DNA of 64,000 nt from Eledone cirrhosa (taxonomy: Eukaryota). Of the stretch, positions 24,201 through 35,500 are shown piece after piece; position 1 is the stretch's first letter; every line of letters begins with the position of its first letter. The notes below the pieces were generated by a model that saw nothing but the letters and a program-made list of their open reading frames with translations, did not search any database and was not told where the DNA came from. The position numbers and the translations under genes were made by a program. Location of the stretch: positions 88,474,001-88,538,000 of the forward strand of contig OZ024742.1 in the NCBI GenBank assembly GCA_964016885.1, read 5' to 3'.

Positions 24201-26688
24201 GCGTATGCTACTCGATCCCGAGAAAATGTGTGAAGCTTTTCAGCGACACTTTGCTCAGCTGTTCGGGGGCAGCGGCGGGCCGGATCGAGGGATAGATTTT
24301 AGTGTCTACCTCGACGGACTGCCGCGGCTCTCGGCCACTGAGACGGAGTGTTGCGAAAAGCCGATAACAGCCGCTTAAGAACGGGAGGGAATGACTGGCT
24401 GCACAAGGGGTAAATCGCCTGGTTTGGATGGTCTGCCCTATGAACTTTGCGTACAAATGCCAGACTTGTTCGGAGGCCTCTTGGCGGACGTTTACTGCAA
24501 CTGGCAATAGAACGGGAGAATTCCCGGCTCTGTGAGACGAGGAGCGGTGGCGCTGTTGAGAAAGGATCCGAACAAGAGGGATAACATAAATAATTTTAGG
24601 CCCATAACTCTGCTAAACACAGAGTTCAAGATGTTGGCCAAGGTGCTAGCAAAGAGGTTGGCGCTTGTCGTTGGTGGTCTAGTGGGAGAGGCGCAGACAT
24701 GCGCCATTTCCGACAGATCCATCCACGACAACCTCCACCTCATGCGATACATCGTAGACAGGGTAGCTAGGGAACCTCACACGGATGGGTCTTTGATAAA
24801 TTTAGATCAGTCGAAAGCCTTCGATAGGGTCGACCATCGTTACCTAGCGGCAGACCTGAGGGCGGCTGGCTTTGGGCCCGTCTTCAGAGGCTGGATCACT
24901 GCCATGCACAGCGACATCTGCTCTGTAGTGAGAGTGAACGGTCACTTTTGGAACCGTTCAACATCATGCGCTCGGTCCACCAAGGATGTCCCCTCTCGTC
25001 CCTCTTGTACGTATTGACTCTCGAGTCATTATTGCACAAACTGGAGACCTTGAGGGGGTCCCGCGCGAAATAGGATGCGGAAGATCCGTGTCAGCATATG
25101 AGGACGATGTCTCCCTAGTGGTATCGAACGACAATCACATCGTTGCGATCGGCACTACACTGAGGGATTACGAAGCGGTGACAGGAGCAATGATCAACAA
25201 GGTAAAGTAATTGGGCCTGCAGCTCGGCACCTGGAGAGGCAGGTCCATGCCGTCCAACAGCGTCATCGGGCGCTGGACGGACGGACCGGTTAAATTGCTA
25301 GGGTCTGGTTCGGTCCGGACCTCCAGACGGACAAAACTGGGACGAGGTGACGAGCAGGGTGGCTTCTCTCACCCAGAAATGGGCCGAGAGGAAGCTATCC
25401 CTGAAAGGTCGAGCGGAGCTGGCTAACGCGTACATCGCGTCCGTCATTTACTACCGCCTGACCGTCGTACCTTGTCCTAAACCCCGCCTGACTGCGCTGG
25501 AGCGTTTGCTCTTTCGCTCTTTGTGGAAGGGACGCGCTCCGATGGTCAGGAGCTCCATCTGCTGTCAACACCCGCTACGTGGAGGGCTGGGCATGCCGTG
25601 GCTGATGATGCGCAGACACGCGCTCTGGCTACGACATCTCCACCTCTTCCTCGACGGTGATCAGGTGTGGTCGTCGTTTGCTAGACACGTCTCTCCCCAG
25701 CTCGTCTCCTTGACGGAGCTGCAGTCCTGGGTCAAGCGAAGACCGAGAATGAGCGCTTGGAGACTGGAATGTTTTCAGGCGCTCGCAACCCTCGACCAAT
25801 CGGGCAATGTGATCGGTGGAATCTCCCCCTTGGCGTTCTATAGAGGATTACTGGAGGGGAAGATCGACGACGTACTTGGAGAAACTCTAGGCGTCGACGA
25901 AAATCAACTAGCCAATCTCTTCGGAAGGACTTTCGGGCCGGGGCCTATGGACAACTTCCAGAAATCCCTGGCCTGGCAGTGCTACCGGGGAGCTTTGCCA
26001 GTTCGGGATAAACTCTACAGGCCTGGAGGTGCCGTCAACCGGGCATGTCCGAGATGCGCGCAGGGCGACCAAACCGTCCTGCACGCACTCTTCCAGTGTC
26101 CGAGCATTGTTGACTTGTGGGTTTATGTCGAACACATGCTGTCACGTGTAGGACGGATCCAGCTATCAGCTGAGTCCATCGTGAGGATTGCCTCGCCCTC
26201 TTCCTTTAGACGGGAAGGGCAGGCAGTTTTTATCTATCTGGTGGCTATGGCGAAAAAGATAGTATGGTGGACACGTTTGAAAGGGCTGAAGACGAGCACT
26301 TACCTCTTCGGTGATGCCCTGATTAACTTTTTCAAATTTCACTTGAAAAGCAAAATCAGGGTAGAGAGGGAAGTGCTGTCTTCCCAGCATTTTGTTGAAA
26401 GATGGGTGAGAGAAGCAAGTATGGCCTGAGTGAATGGGCCTACTCTGAGTATGTGTCTGTAAATTAAAGGTGGAAAACTGGGAGAGGTCACTTGCCCAGG
26501 TGGTCAGGGTCACTGTGGTCTTTTAATGGGCTTTCTCCACAAATGTCCCTCGGAAGTCTCCCCCTTATTAGGGAATCTTTCTTTGTTATTTTATTACACT
26601 CAGAAATGCCCATTTGTACCGTCCTGTATTGTCCTGCACTGTCCTTAATGTCTACTATATGTAAACCCTTGTGCTTATTAAAGAAATC
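21210..26688 (+). mobile_element. Tx1 family B copy 1, full-length and decayed (ORF1 21439-23023, ORF2 23063-26462)
   Basis: Starts GGCGACC after (ATT)n. Collinear with 53600-59506. Multiple stops; RT motif reads YEDD; ORF1 core replaced by a minisatellite. Confidence 0.93.
22058..22372. repeat. 21-bp minisatellite (~15 units of GTGGTGGTGGTACTGTTGGTW) inside Tx1-B ORF1
   Basis: Direct reading. Absent from the other family B copies. Confidence 0.93.
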
Positions 26689-26704
26689 ATTATTATTATT
26701 ATTA

Positions 26705-29700
26705 CAGCTGCATTTATCTTGATTTATGTTCAAGTCACAACCAGTGACCTCAACAGACAACAAGGTCCGCCATGTTCAAGAAGAAAATACATACTCACAC
26801 ATGCAGCTTTAGGTGTTTAGACTTGTGATGTACTTATATTGACAGAATGTTCCTTAGTATATGGGCAGTTCCCATTAGTACTATCTTTTGTATTTCTCCT
26901 ATACGCGGGTTTCCTGGGATTTGCGATAAGTAATAATTAGAACCCTTAGGTATCATTCCTAGAGCACCTACAACCACTGGTGTTGTTTTAGTTCTCAATG
27001 TCCAAATTTTTCCAATTTCTATCTACAGGTCCTTATACTTGCTCAATTTTTCAAATGTTTTTGTAGATAAATTCTTGTCTATTGGAACGGACATATCAAT
27101 TAGCAGGCATACCCTCTTTTGAAAGTCCTTCAATATTATATCAGGTCTATTTGCATCTATTTTTCGGTCTGTTTGGATGCTAAAGTTCCACAAGATTGAG
27201 ATGTGATATTTTTGAAGTATGGGAGGTGGTTGATGCTCCCACCAATTCTTTTCATGTGGCAGGTCAAAATGCTTACACATTATCCAATGTATGTATTGTG
27301 CAGCTCTGTCATGCCTGTTTAGGTATTCGGTTGGAGCTATAGGACTGCACATTGAAATTATATGGTCAATGGTCTCTGGTTGTTTTTTGCATACACGGCA
27401 TAATGGGCTGCATCCATTTTTTATTATGTTGGCTTGGTAATTCTTTGTTGGCAGACACTGATCTTGTGCTTATATAATCAGTCCTTTAGTCTCCGATTTC
27501 AGTCCAGAGGATGCCAACCACTGATTGGTTAAAGTTTTGTCAACATCAGGATTGTTAGCTCGTTCTGGGTATTTTCCATACAGAGGCTTTTCTTGCCATT
27601 TCTTAGCCAGTTTCTGTAGCAGTTCTTTCTTTGCAGTTACTTTTACCTGCTTTGCTTTTTCTGTGTTTTCCATTTCAGCAGTAAATGGGACTTCTGAAAT
27701 TTGTAGTCCATTACTGTATCTTTGTGCATTTTTTGTAATGGAATATGATCTTTTGATGCTTTCGTGTTTCAAAACGAGTTTGATCATCCAATAATGTGAT
27801 TCCCTTACATATGTAGATAATCCAATTGTTGCAGTTTTCAACGCAATGTCTAACTGGATTAACCTACGTCCTCCTTCTTTCCTAGGGAGATATATTCTAT
27901 CTGTATCTGCTTTAGTGTGATGCATTCTGTGCATGGGTAAGAATTTTCGAATTTTTGTATCGAGCCTACGGATCTCTGTGCTTGACCAGTTGATGACATT
28001 GTAACCTAGGTTACTACTGGTATGGCAAGCGTGTTTATGGCATCGATCCTATTCCTTGCATTCAATTCCGTTCTTAAGATTGCTCTTACTCTGCGGTAAC
28101 ATTCCTTCCTTATCCTTTCCTTCATTGTCGAGTGCTTGATTCCGTCTCCTTCACAAACACCTAGATATTTGTAAGTTTTTTCTTGATCAAGTTCTCTTAT
28201 CACATTACCACGATCAAGATTAATGTCTGAACTCTTCAGCATCTTTCCTCTGGTGAACGTTGCTTTGGCGCATTTATCCAGTCCAAACTCCATTTTAATG
28301 TCATCACTGAACTGCTCCACAGTGGATCATTGCCCTTGCAATTGTTCATCATTTTTTGCAAATAGTTTCAGGTCATCCATGTAGAACAAGTGATTAATGA
28401 TTTTGTCATAGACTTTATATCCATATTTTGTTTCATTGAGCATTTTACTTAATGGTATAAGTGCGATGCAGAATAAAAGCGGTGATAAAGAGTCACCCTG
28501 AAAAATTCCACAATTAATATTAATTTCTCCAGCTTCCAGTAATTTTGATTCACTATTCAAAATGAGTGTCGTTTTCCATGTCTTCATACTGAATGACAAA
28601 AACCTCCTGACAACGGGGGATATTTTGAAAATCTCTAAACATTTTTCAATCCAACTGTGTGGCAAACTAGCGAATGCTTTTTTATAATCTATCCAAGCAA
28701 TTGATAGATTTTTGTGTCTATTAAGACAATCTTCCAGTATCATTTTGTTAACCAAAACTGATCCTTACAGCCATATGAGCCTCGTTTACACCCTTTCTGC
28801 TCAATGGGAAATAGGTCATTTGTTATCAGGTGGTCATATGTGTATTCAGTTAGGACTGATGTTAAAATGTTATACATTGTGGTCAAGCAAGTTATCGGTC
28901 TGTAATTTTTGGGATTGTTTGTCTCATCATTCTTCGGAAGCAGGAACGTAATGCCGATAACTAGCCATGATGGTATCTTTTCTGGCTCCTTAATTATTTC
29001 ATTGTAAAGTTGGGCTAACAGCTCATGAGACTCTGTGAAGGCATTTATCCAAAAGTTTTGTATTTTGTCTTTTCCTGGGGATTTCCATTTGCTGGTTTTT
29101 CTTAGAGCCAAGCGCAACTGTTCAAATGTTATATTTTCCCATATTTGTTCTTCAAGGTGAGCTGTATCTTTCATTTGTCTGTCTATCCATGGGGTATGTA
29201 TGTTATGAACTTCTTCTTCGGCCCAGATCTTTTCCCAGAATTCTTGCACTTCCTCCTTGGGTGGTATTGATTTAGCAGTTATTGTTGACTTACCAATTTA
29301 TCTGTAGAAGTTTCTTTGGTTGTTTTTGAACATATTATTGTCCTTATAGAATCTAGACCGTTTTTCAAAGCGCCTTATACGAGCAGCTTTGGGCGACACT
29401 TTTTGCTTGATTATTTCTATCAGCATGTCTATGTCACATGTTGATTTTATACTGTACTTTCTTTTCAATTTTCTAAGTTTAGTTTGTTTAACATGTTCAC
29501 CTATTTATAGTTTGTTAAAATTTCTCTGTCAGATCGGAGAAGGTTTATTTGGCGATTGATGTTCTCTTGCCAAGTAGATTTTTTATGGGAATTCCTTTGT
29601 TTTTTCATCTTCACTCCACATAAGTGAGTGGTGAATTTAGCCGATGCATAATAAAGATGATTTAAATCAGTAATGTTTAGTTTGTTTGTGATGATAATGT

Positions 29701-30640
29701 TTTTGAGAATTATGTTAGTCTTGTGTATTATCTTTTGGTTCTGTTTGGAGTTCTGGATCTTAGGGAGGATGTCTCGTTGCCCCATGTCAGATTCTTTCAT
29801 TTTCATCCATTCGATCATAATTTCATCCTTCAAGTTGGCAAGTTCATTCTCATTCATTTCTTTATCATTTACGATGTCATTATTTTCATTTGGAGTTTCA
29901 TCTTGAGTATGCACTCCCTCCACTTTTTCGATCCTTTCTTTAATTTGTTCTGTTGTCAGTGATTCCGCCCCAACCCTGGGATTCGAAGTGTTACAATTTA
30001 CCTCGTTTTCACTGACACATGTTTCATTTTCCCTTCGCTGACTTTGTGCTACTAGCTTGATCTGATCAATTTCTATATCAGTTAGTAACTTTTTTTTTAC
30101 AATATTTCTTCGTATATTGGCTAATTGTTACTGTCAATAGAGCCTCTATTTTCGGGATGTTTCTTTTTCCAGTTGATATATGTCTGTTCTGTATTCGATG
30201 TATTTGAGGGGTAGTACATGGCAGTGTAGAAAGCCTCAAGGACTTCTTTATTATCTTCCCTTGACCATTTTTCTCTCTTTTTCTTTGGATTTCTTGGTGG
30301 TGAGCATGGAGGGCCAACAGTAGGAGTATTCCGGTTATGGGAGGTCTCCAGCTCCGAAGTGATGGGAAGGTTTGAACCATTAGCTGATTTTTCGACCCCA
30401 GTCTGGTTCCTCTCTGAGGGACGCGGCCCTTTTTTACCCAGGTGACGGCCGATCCGGTATGAGATTTTATCATTCGACATTTACTTTATTTTGTCGCGTT
30501 TTATCCTTATCCGCCAAGGGGTAAACATTTCGTGTTACCACTTCTAGAACGAATGTCAACCAAGATTAGAGGGGTCGTTCTCGCCTAGAGACACGGCTAT
30601 TCCCCACCGGCCGCCATCCCGGTATTTCTTGGTCACGGGG
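26705..30640 (-). mobile_element. R4/Dong-clade element family D2, full-length; ORF ~30480-26834 disrupted
   Basis: Myb-like REKWSREDNKEVLEAFY; RT WKSPGKD, NYRPITCL, GIFQGDSLSP, FYMDD; RLE RHD, NRPD, KLSKYKDL. (TAA)n tail. Confidence 0.93.
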
Positions 30641-30741
30641 TTTTCTTTTTTGTTGTTTTTTTAAATTGTTATTATCATGAGTGGTTCCTTAATGTGAGCA
30701 TTGCTTGACTTAAGAATGAAATTATTAATAATTGTCACCAC

Positions 30742-30778
30742 TCCAGGCACAAGGCCAGCAATTACCGAGTGCATTACA
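30742..30778 (-). mobile_element. SINE 3' fragment
   Basis: Reverse complement of GTAATGCACTCGGTAATTGCTGGCCTTGTGCCT. Confidence 0.55.
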
Positions 30779-31114
30779 ATAATATAATATACTTTTTGCT
30801 GAAGTTGCCAGTTATTGTTGTTGGCTATGTCGCTGGTGTTGCTGGGGCTTTTTATATTGTTGGTGAGGAAGGAAGGGGGGGGGGGCAGCAGTGCCATAGT
30901 TGTTGACGTTTCACCGGTGGCCAGTTCACTAATTCAATCTATTTATATCTTTGCTAGCCTCTCCCTTGTCTAGTGATACCGCCACCTTCCCCTTTCTTAA
31001 GTTAACAGGGGAATAGTGGTGGTTACAATGAAGGAGTGGTAGCGGCGGTGATGGGATAGTGGTAGCAATGATGGATGGAGTGGTGGCGGCGGTGGCGTTG
31101 TCGTTACTGAGTTT

Positions 31115-31256
31115 TGTTGAATGGACTAGTTTTTTTTTATATGTAGTATCTATGCGTTTGTGTCGCGTATGTTTAATATATGTGTTGAATAGACTAGTTT
31201 TGTTTGATCTGTAGTATCTATGCGTTTGTGTCACGTATGTTTAATATATGTGTTGA
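31115..31256. repeat. ~68-bp tandem duplication
   Basis: TGTTGAATrGACTAGTTTT...TGTAGTATCTATGCGTTTGTGTCrCGTATGTTTAATATATG occurs twice. Confidence 0.85.
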
Positions 31257-31719
31257 CATATTCCCGTAATATTGGAATTAAACATTTTGTTAAAACTTGA
31301 GACAATAATAATAGTAATTATTATTATGATGCTGGGATTGGTGGTGGTGGTGGTGAAATTGCCGTTATCTGGCTGTTATATTTAGTGTACACAGCGGAGT
31401 GATGGGGTAGGTGGTGTATCAAGTTTCTGGTGTTGGTGAAATTGCTGTTATTTGGCTGTTCTATATAGTATAGACAGAGGGGGTTTTCTTCCATTTATAA
31501 CCATATTCTTTTTTGAATATAAAATATATAATACAAAATTGAATATTTAAGCGATATAACAATATATTATGGATCCGAAATTTTATGAGACTTGATTCGG
31601 TGGTTTATGCATCATTTGTACTTGGAATTGTTATTTCACAATTGATTTAAATATGTTAAAAATCAAAAACTTACGGGAGCGATTTCATGACCTTCTCCCA
31701 CCACGTGCGTCTTCTTCCG

Positions 31720-31760
<41 letters not shown>

Positions 31761-31761
<1 letters not shown>

Positions 31762-32523
31762 GTTATTCCTTGAATCTCAGTCATTGATGTTGGTTAACTG
31801 GAAAGTCCGTTGGAATGAATATCAAGCCACTACCTGCAGCCTCAGATATTCAGGACGTATCGGAGGGTTCTTGCTGTTCCAAGCAAGCATGCCTTTTGAA
31901 GCGTTCCAAAAAGCGTGAAGGGCCGATTTTCTTTAACCATCCCTGGAAACTTTTGGAGATAGTCCCCAGTGCGCCTATGACAATCGGGATCACTTTGACT
32001 TCATGGCAGTTCCAAATACTTTTCACCTCCCACTTTAGGTCCTGGTATCGGTTAAGTTTCTCCCTCTCCTTCTCTTGCACTCTCGTGTCGAAAGGGCAGG
32101 CCACATCCACAATCAGACACGATCTTTTTTCTTTGTCAACAACCACCAGGTCAGGTCTATTGTGTTCCAGTTTTTTGTCCGTCCGTATCCTAAAATCCCA
32201 CAGCACCTTCACCTGATTGTTCTCCATCACCGCCTCAGGCCTATGCTCATACCATTTCTCAGAATGTGGTAAATTGTTTACTTTGCACACGTGCCAGTGG
32301 ATCACCCTGCCCATCACATCGTGTCTCCAGCCCTTATAGTGGGTCTGGGCTAGGTGTTTACACTCGGACACAATGTGAGCCACAGTCTCCTCTCTCTGTC
32401 CACAAATCCTGCACAGTGGGCTAGCCTCCTCCTTGTAAATATGGTGCTTCAACCACTCCGTTTTGAGGGCCTGCTCCTGCGCAGCCATTAGCATTCCTTC
32501 TGTAGCCTTTTTGAGGTCTCCTC
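31761..32523 (-). mobile_element. R4/Dong D1, 5'-truncated copy (CCHC + RLE only)
   Basis: Near-identical to 32560-33323. ORF 31850-32494. Confidence 0.95.
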
Positions 32524-32559
32524 TATTATTATTTTTATTATTATTATTATTATTGTTAT

Positions 32560-35500
32560 TGTTATTCCTTGAATCTCAGTCATTGATATTGGTTAACTGG
32601 AAAGTCCGTTGGATTGAATATCAAGCCACTACCTGCAGCCTCAGATATTCAGGACGTATCGGAGGGTTCTTGCTGTTCCAAGCAAGCATGCCTTTTGAAG
32701 CGTTCCAAAAAGCGTGAAGGGGCCGATTTTCTTTAACCATCCCTGGAAACTTTTGGAGATAGTCCCCAGTGCGCCTATGACAATCGGGATCACTTTGACT
32801 TCATGGCAGTTCCAAATCCTTTTCACCTCCCACTTTAGGTCCTGGTATCGGTTAATTTTCTCCCTCTCCTTCTCTTGCACTCTCGTGTCGAACGGGCAGG
32901 CCACATCCACAATCAGGCACGATCTTTTTTCTTTGTCCACAACCACCAGGTCAGGTCTATTGTGTTCCAGTTTTTTGTCCGTCTGTATCCTAAAATCCCA
33001 CAGCACCTTCACCTGATTGTTCTCCATCACCGCCTCTGGCCTATGCTCATACCATTTCTCAGAATGTGGTAGATTGTTTACTTTGCACAGGTGCCAGTGG
33101 ATCACCCTGCCCATCACATCGTGTCTCCAGCCCTTATAGTGGGTCTGGGCTAGGTGTTTACACTCGGACACAATGTGAGCCACAGTCTCCTCTCTCTCTC
33201 CACAGATCCTGCACAGTGGGCTGGCCTCCTCCTTGTAGATATGGTGCTTCAACCACTTCGTTTTGAGGGCCTGCTCCTGCGCAGCCATTAGCATTCCTTC
33301 TGTAGCCTTTTTGAGGTCTCCTCTTCTCAACCAGTTCCATGTCTGTGGATCTCTAAATTCAGTTTTCTCAAAGAAGGTACTATGAAGGGGTTTTCCCTTA
33401 AGGCTGCTCTTCCTCCTTGATGTTATTTCCTCCCTGGACATCCCCTGGCCTACTGTCCCCTCCTTTAGTACAGCTCTGAGCATTGGCTCCTTACTATAGG
33501 TCACGTATTTGTATAGGTTGTTTTTCTCCATCTGAACACAGTCCTCTATGCTGATAAGACCTCTTCCACCCTCAGATCTCCTTAGGTAGAGTCTATCGAC
33601 ATCACCCCTCTTGTGGAACATGTTGTAGATAGTCAATAGCTTCCTAGTCTTCCTATCCATTTCTTTCTGTTCAGCAACATTCCATCTCAGAATTCCCGCA
33701 CTGTACCTAATAATAGACACAGCTCGGGAATTTACTGCGCTTATGGCATTTCTGCTGTTCAGACGTGACCTCAATACGCTCCTTACTCTCCGAATGTATT
33801 CAGTTCTTAACAATTCCTTCATTTTTTTGTTCTTTATGCCATCAGCCTCCAGAACGCCCAAATACTTGTATCCTTCCTCAGAGTCAATTTCCTTTATCAT
33901 CTCACCTGTTGGTATCTGGATCCCGTTACTTTTGCTCAACCTACCCCTCTTCATCACAATGACTCCACATTCACCAATACCAAACTGCATACATATATCA
34001 CTGCTGAAAATACGGACAGTGTCAACAAGCACATCCAACTCCTTCTCACTTTTCCCGAAGAGCTTAAGATCGTCCATGAAGAGGAGGTGATTGATGGTAA
34101 GCTCTCCCCTTCCCAACTTGTATCCTGCTCTCACTTTTCGCAGCATAATGGTCAAGGGCATCAGGGCAAGGACAAACAACAGAGGGGACAGGCTATCTCC
34201 CTGGAAGATAACTCTCTTGATCTTCACGCTTCCCAAGGATACTCCAGTTGATGTCAACTCTGTCTCCCAGGACCCCATACTCCTGCCTAGCAACTGTCTG
34301 ATGTTATCCGCCACCCTGAAGATCTCCAGGCTTTTGGTGATCCAGGAATGAGGCACCATGTCAAATGCCTTTCTGTAGTCTATCCATCCCATGGCAAGAT
34401 CAGTGTGTCTCCTCCTGCAATTCCCCATTACCATCTTATCAATAAGCAACTGGTCCTTTGTACCACGTGACTTCTTTCGGCATCCTTTCTGTTCGTCCGG
34501 TAACAAGTTGTTTGTGTGGAGGTGATGGTAGATTTCCTCAGACACAATGCTCGTCAACAGTTTCCACATTACGGGCAGACATGTGATAGGTCTATAGTTG
34601 GTAGCATCATTACCCTTGATTCGGTCTTTCATTATCAGAACTGTGGTACCTTTTGTCAACCACTCTGGCACCTCACCCGACACCAAGCAGTCATTGAACA
34701 TGGCCGTCAGCTTCGGGTGGAGGGATGTTAGATGTTTAATCCAATACCCCTGCACACCATCTGGGCCTGGTGATTTCCAGTTGGTTAGTTTTTTGGCTTG
34801 CCCCTTAAGAGTTTCAACTGTGATACTCAAATCAGTCTGTTGCTGTGCCTGCTCACCGATCTCCCTCTGTACTGTCTCAATCCACTCTGCCTGGGCATTG
34901 TGTCTAACATCCTGCTCCCATATTCCTCTCCAGAATGTTTTAGTTTGCTCCGCCCCAGGGATCAAGTCGTTGCCTCTTTCTTTGCCCTCAAGCTGTCCAA
35001 ACAGCATCTTCTTGTTGTTGTCGAACATGCGGTTCTGTTTATACTGACTGACTCTGTTCTCGTATCGCCTGATTTTTGCACTCTTTGCTACAATGCGTTG
35101 CTTCAATTCCTCTATGATAATATTTAGCTTTTTACTCCTAGTTTTGTATTTTATTTCCAGTCTATTTTTAGTGCCTATGTTTTTTAGTGTCCCATTCAGT
35201 AGTGACTCAAGCTTTCCTATGTCATTTCTCATTTCCCCGATTTGCCCACTCAGTCGCTTCTTCCACCACGGCTCTGCTCTTTCTTGTCTGTTGTTTCCTC
35301 TCGCTTTTATACCAAGTAGTTTCCTCACCGTATTTGCTGTTGCTCTGAGGATATTGTTGCACTCGTGAAGGCTCCTCGCCTCAAGGTATGGGATGACTTT
35401 GTTTACCTTAGCTGTTGTTTCTTTTAACTTTTTCCTGTCTACAAATCTTAGGTTCATAGGTCTCCCACTATCATTGTTCAATTCATCTACCACTAAATTT

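Noticed and set aside
30545-30640. Canonical HDV-like ribozyme in the D2 5' UTR
   Set aside because: P2-, P4- and J4/2-like parts exist, but there is no P1 5' strand or valid P3/L3. Kept only as a non-canonical candidate.
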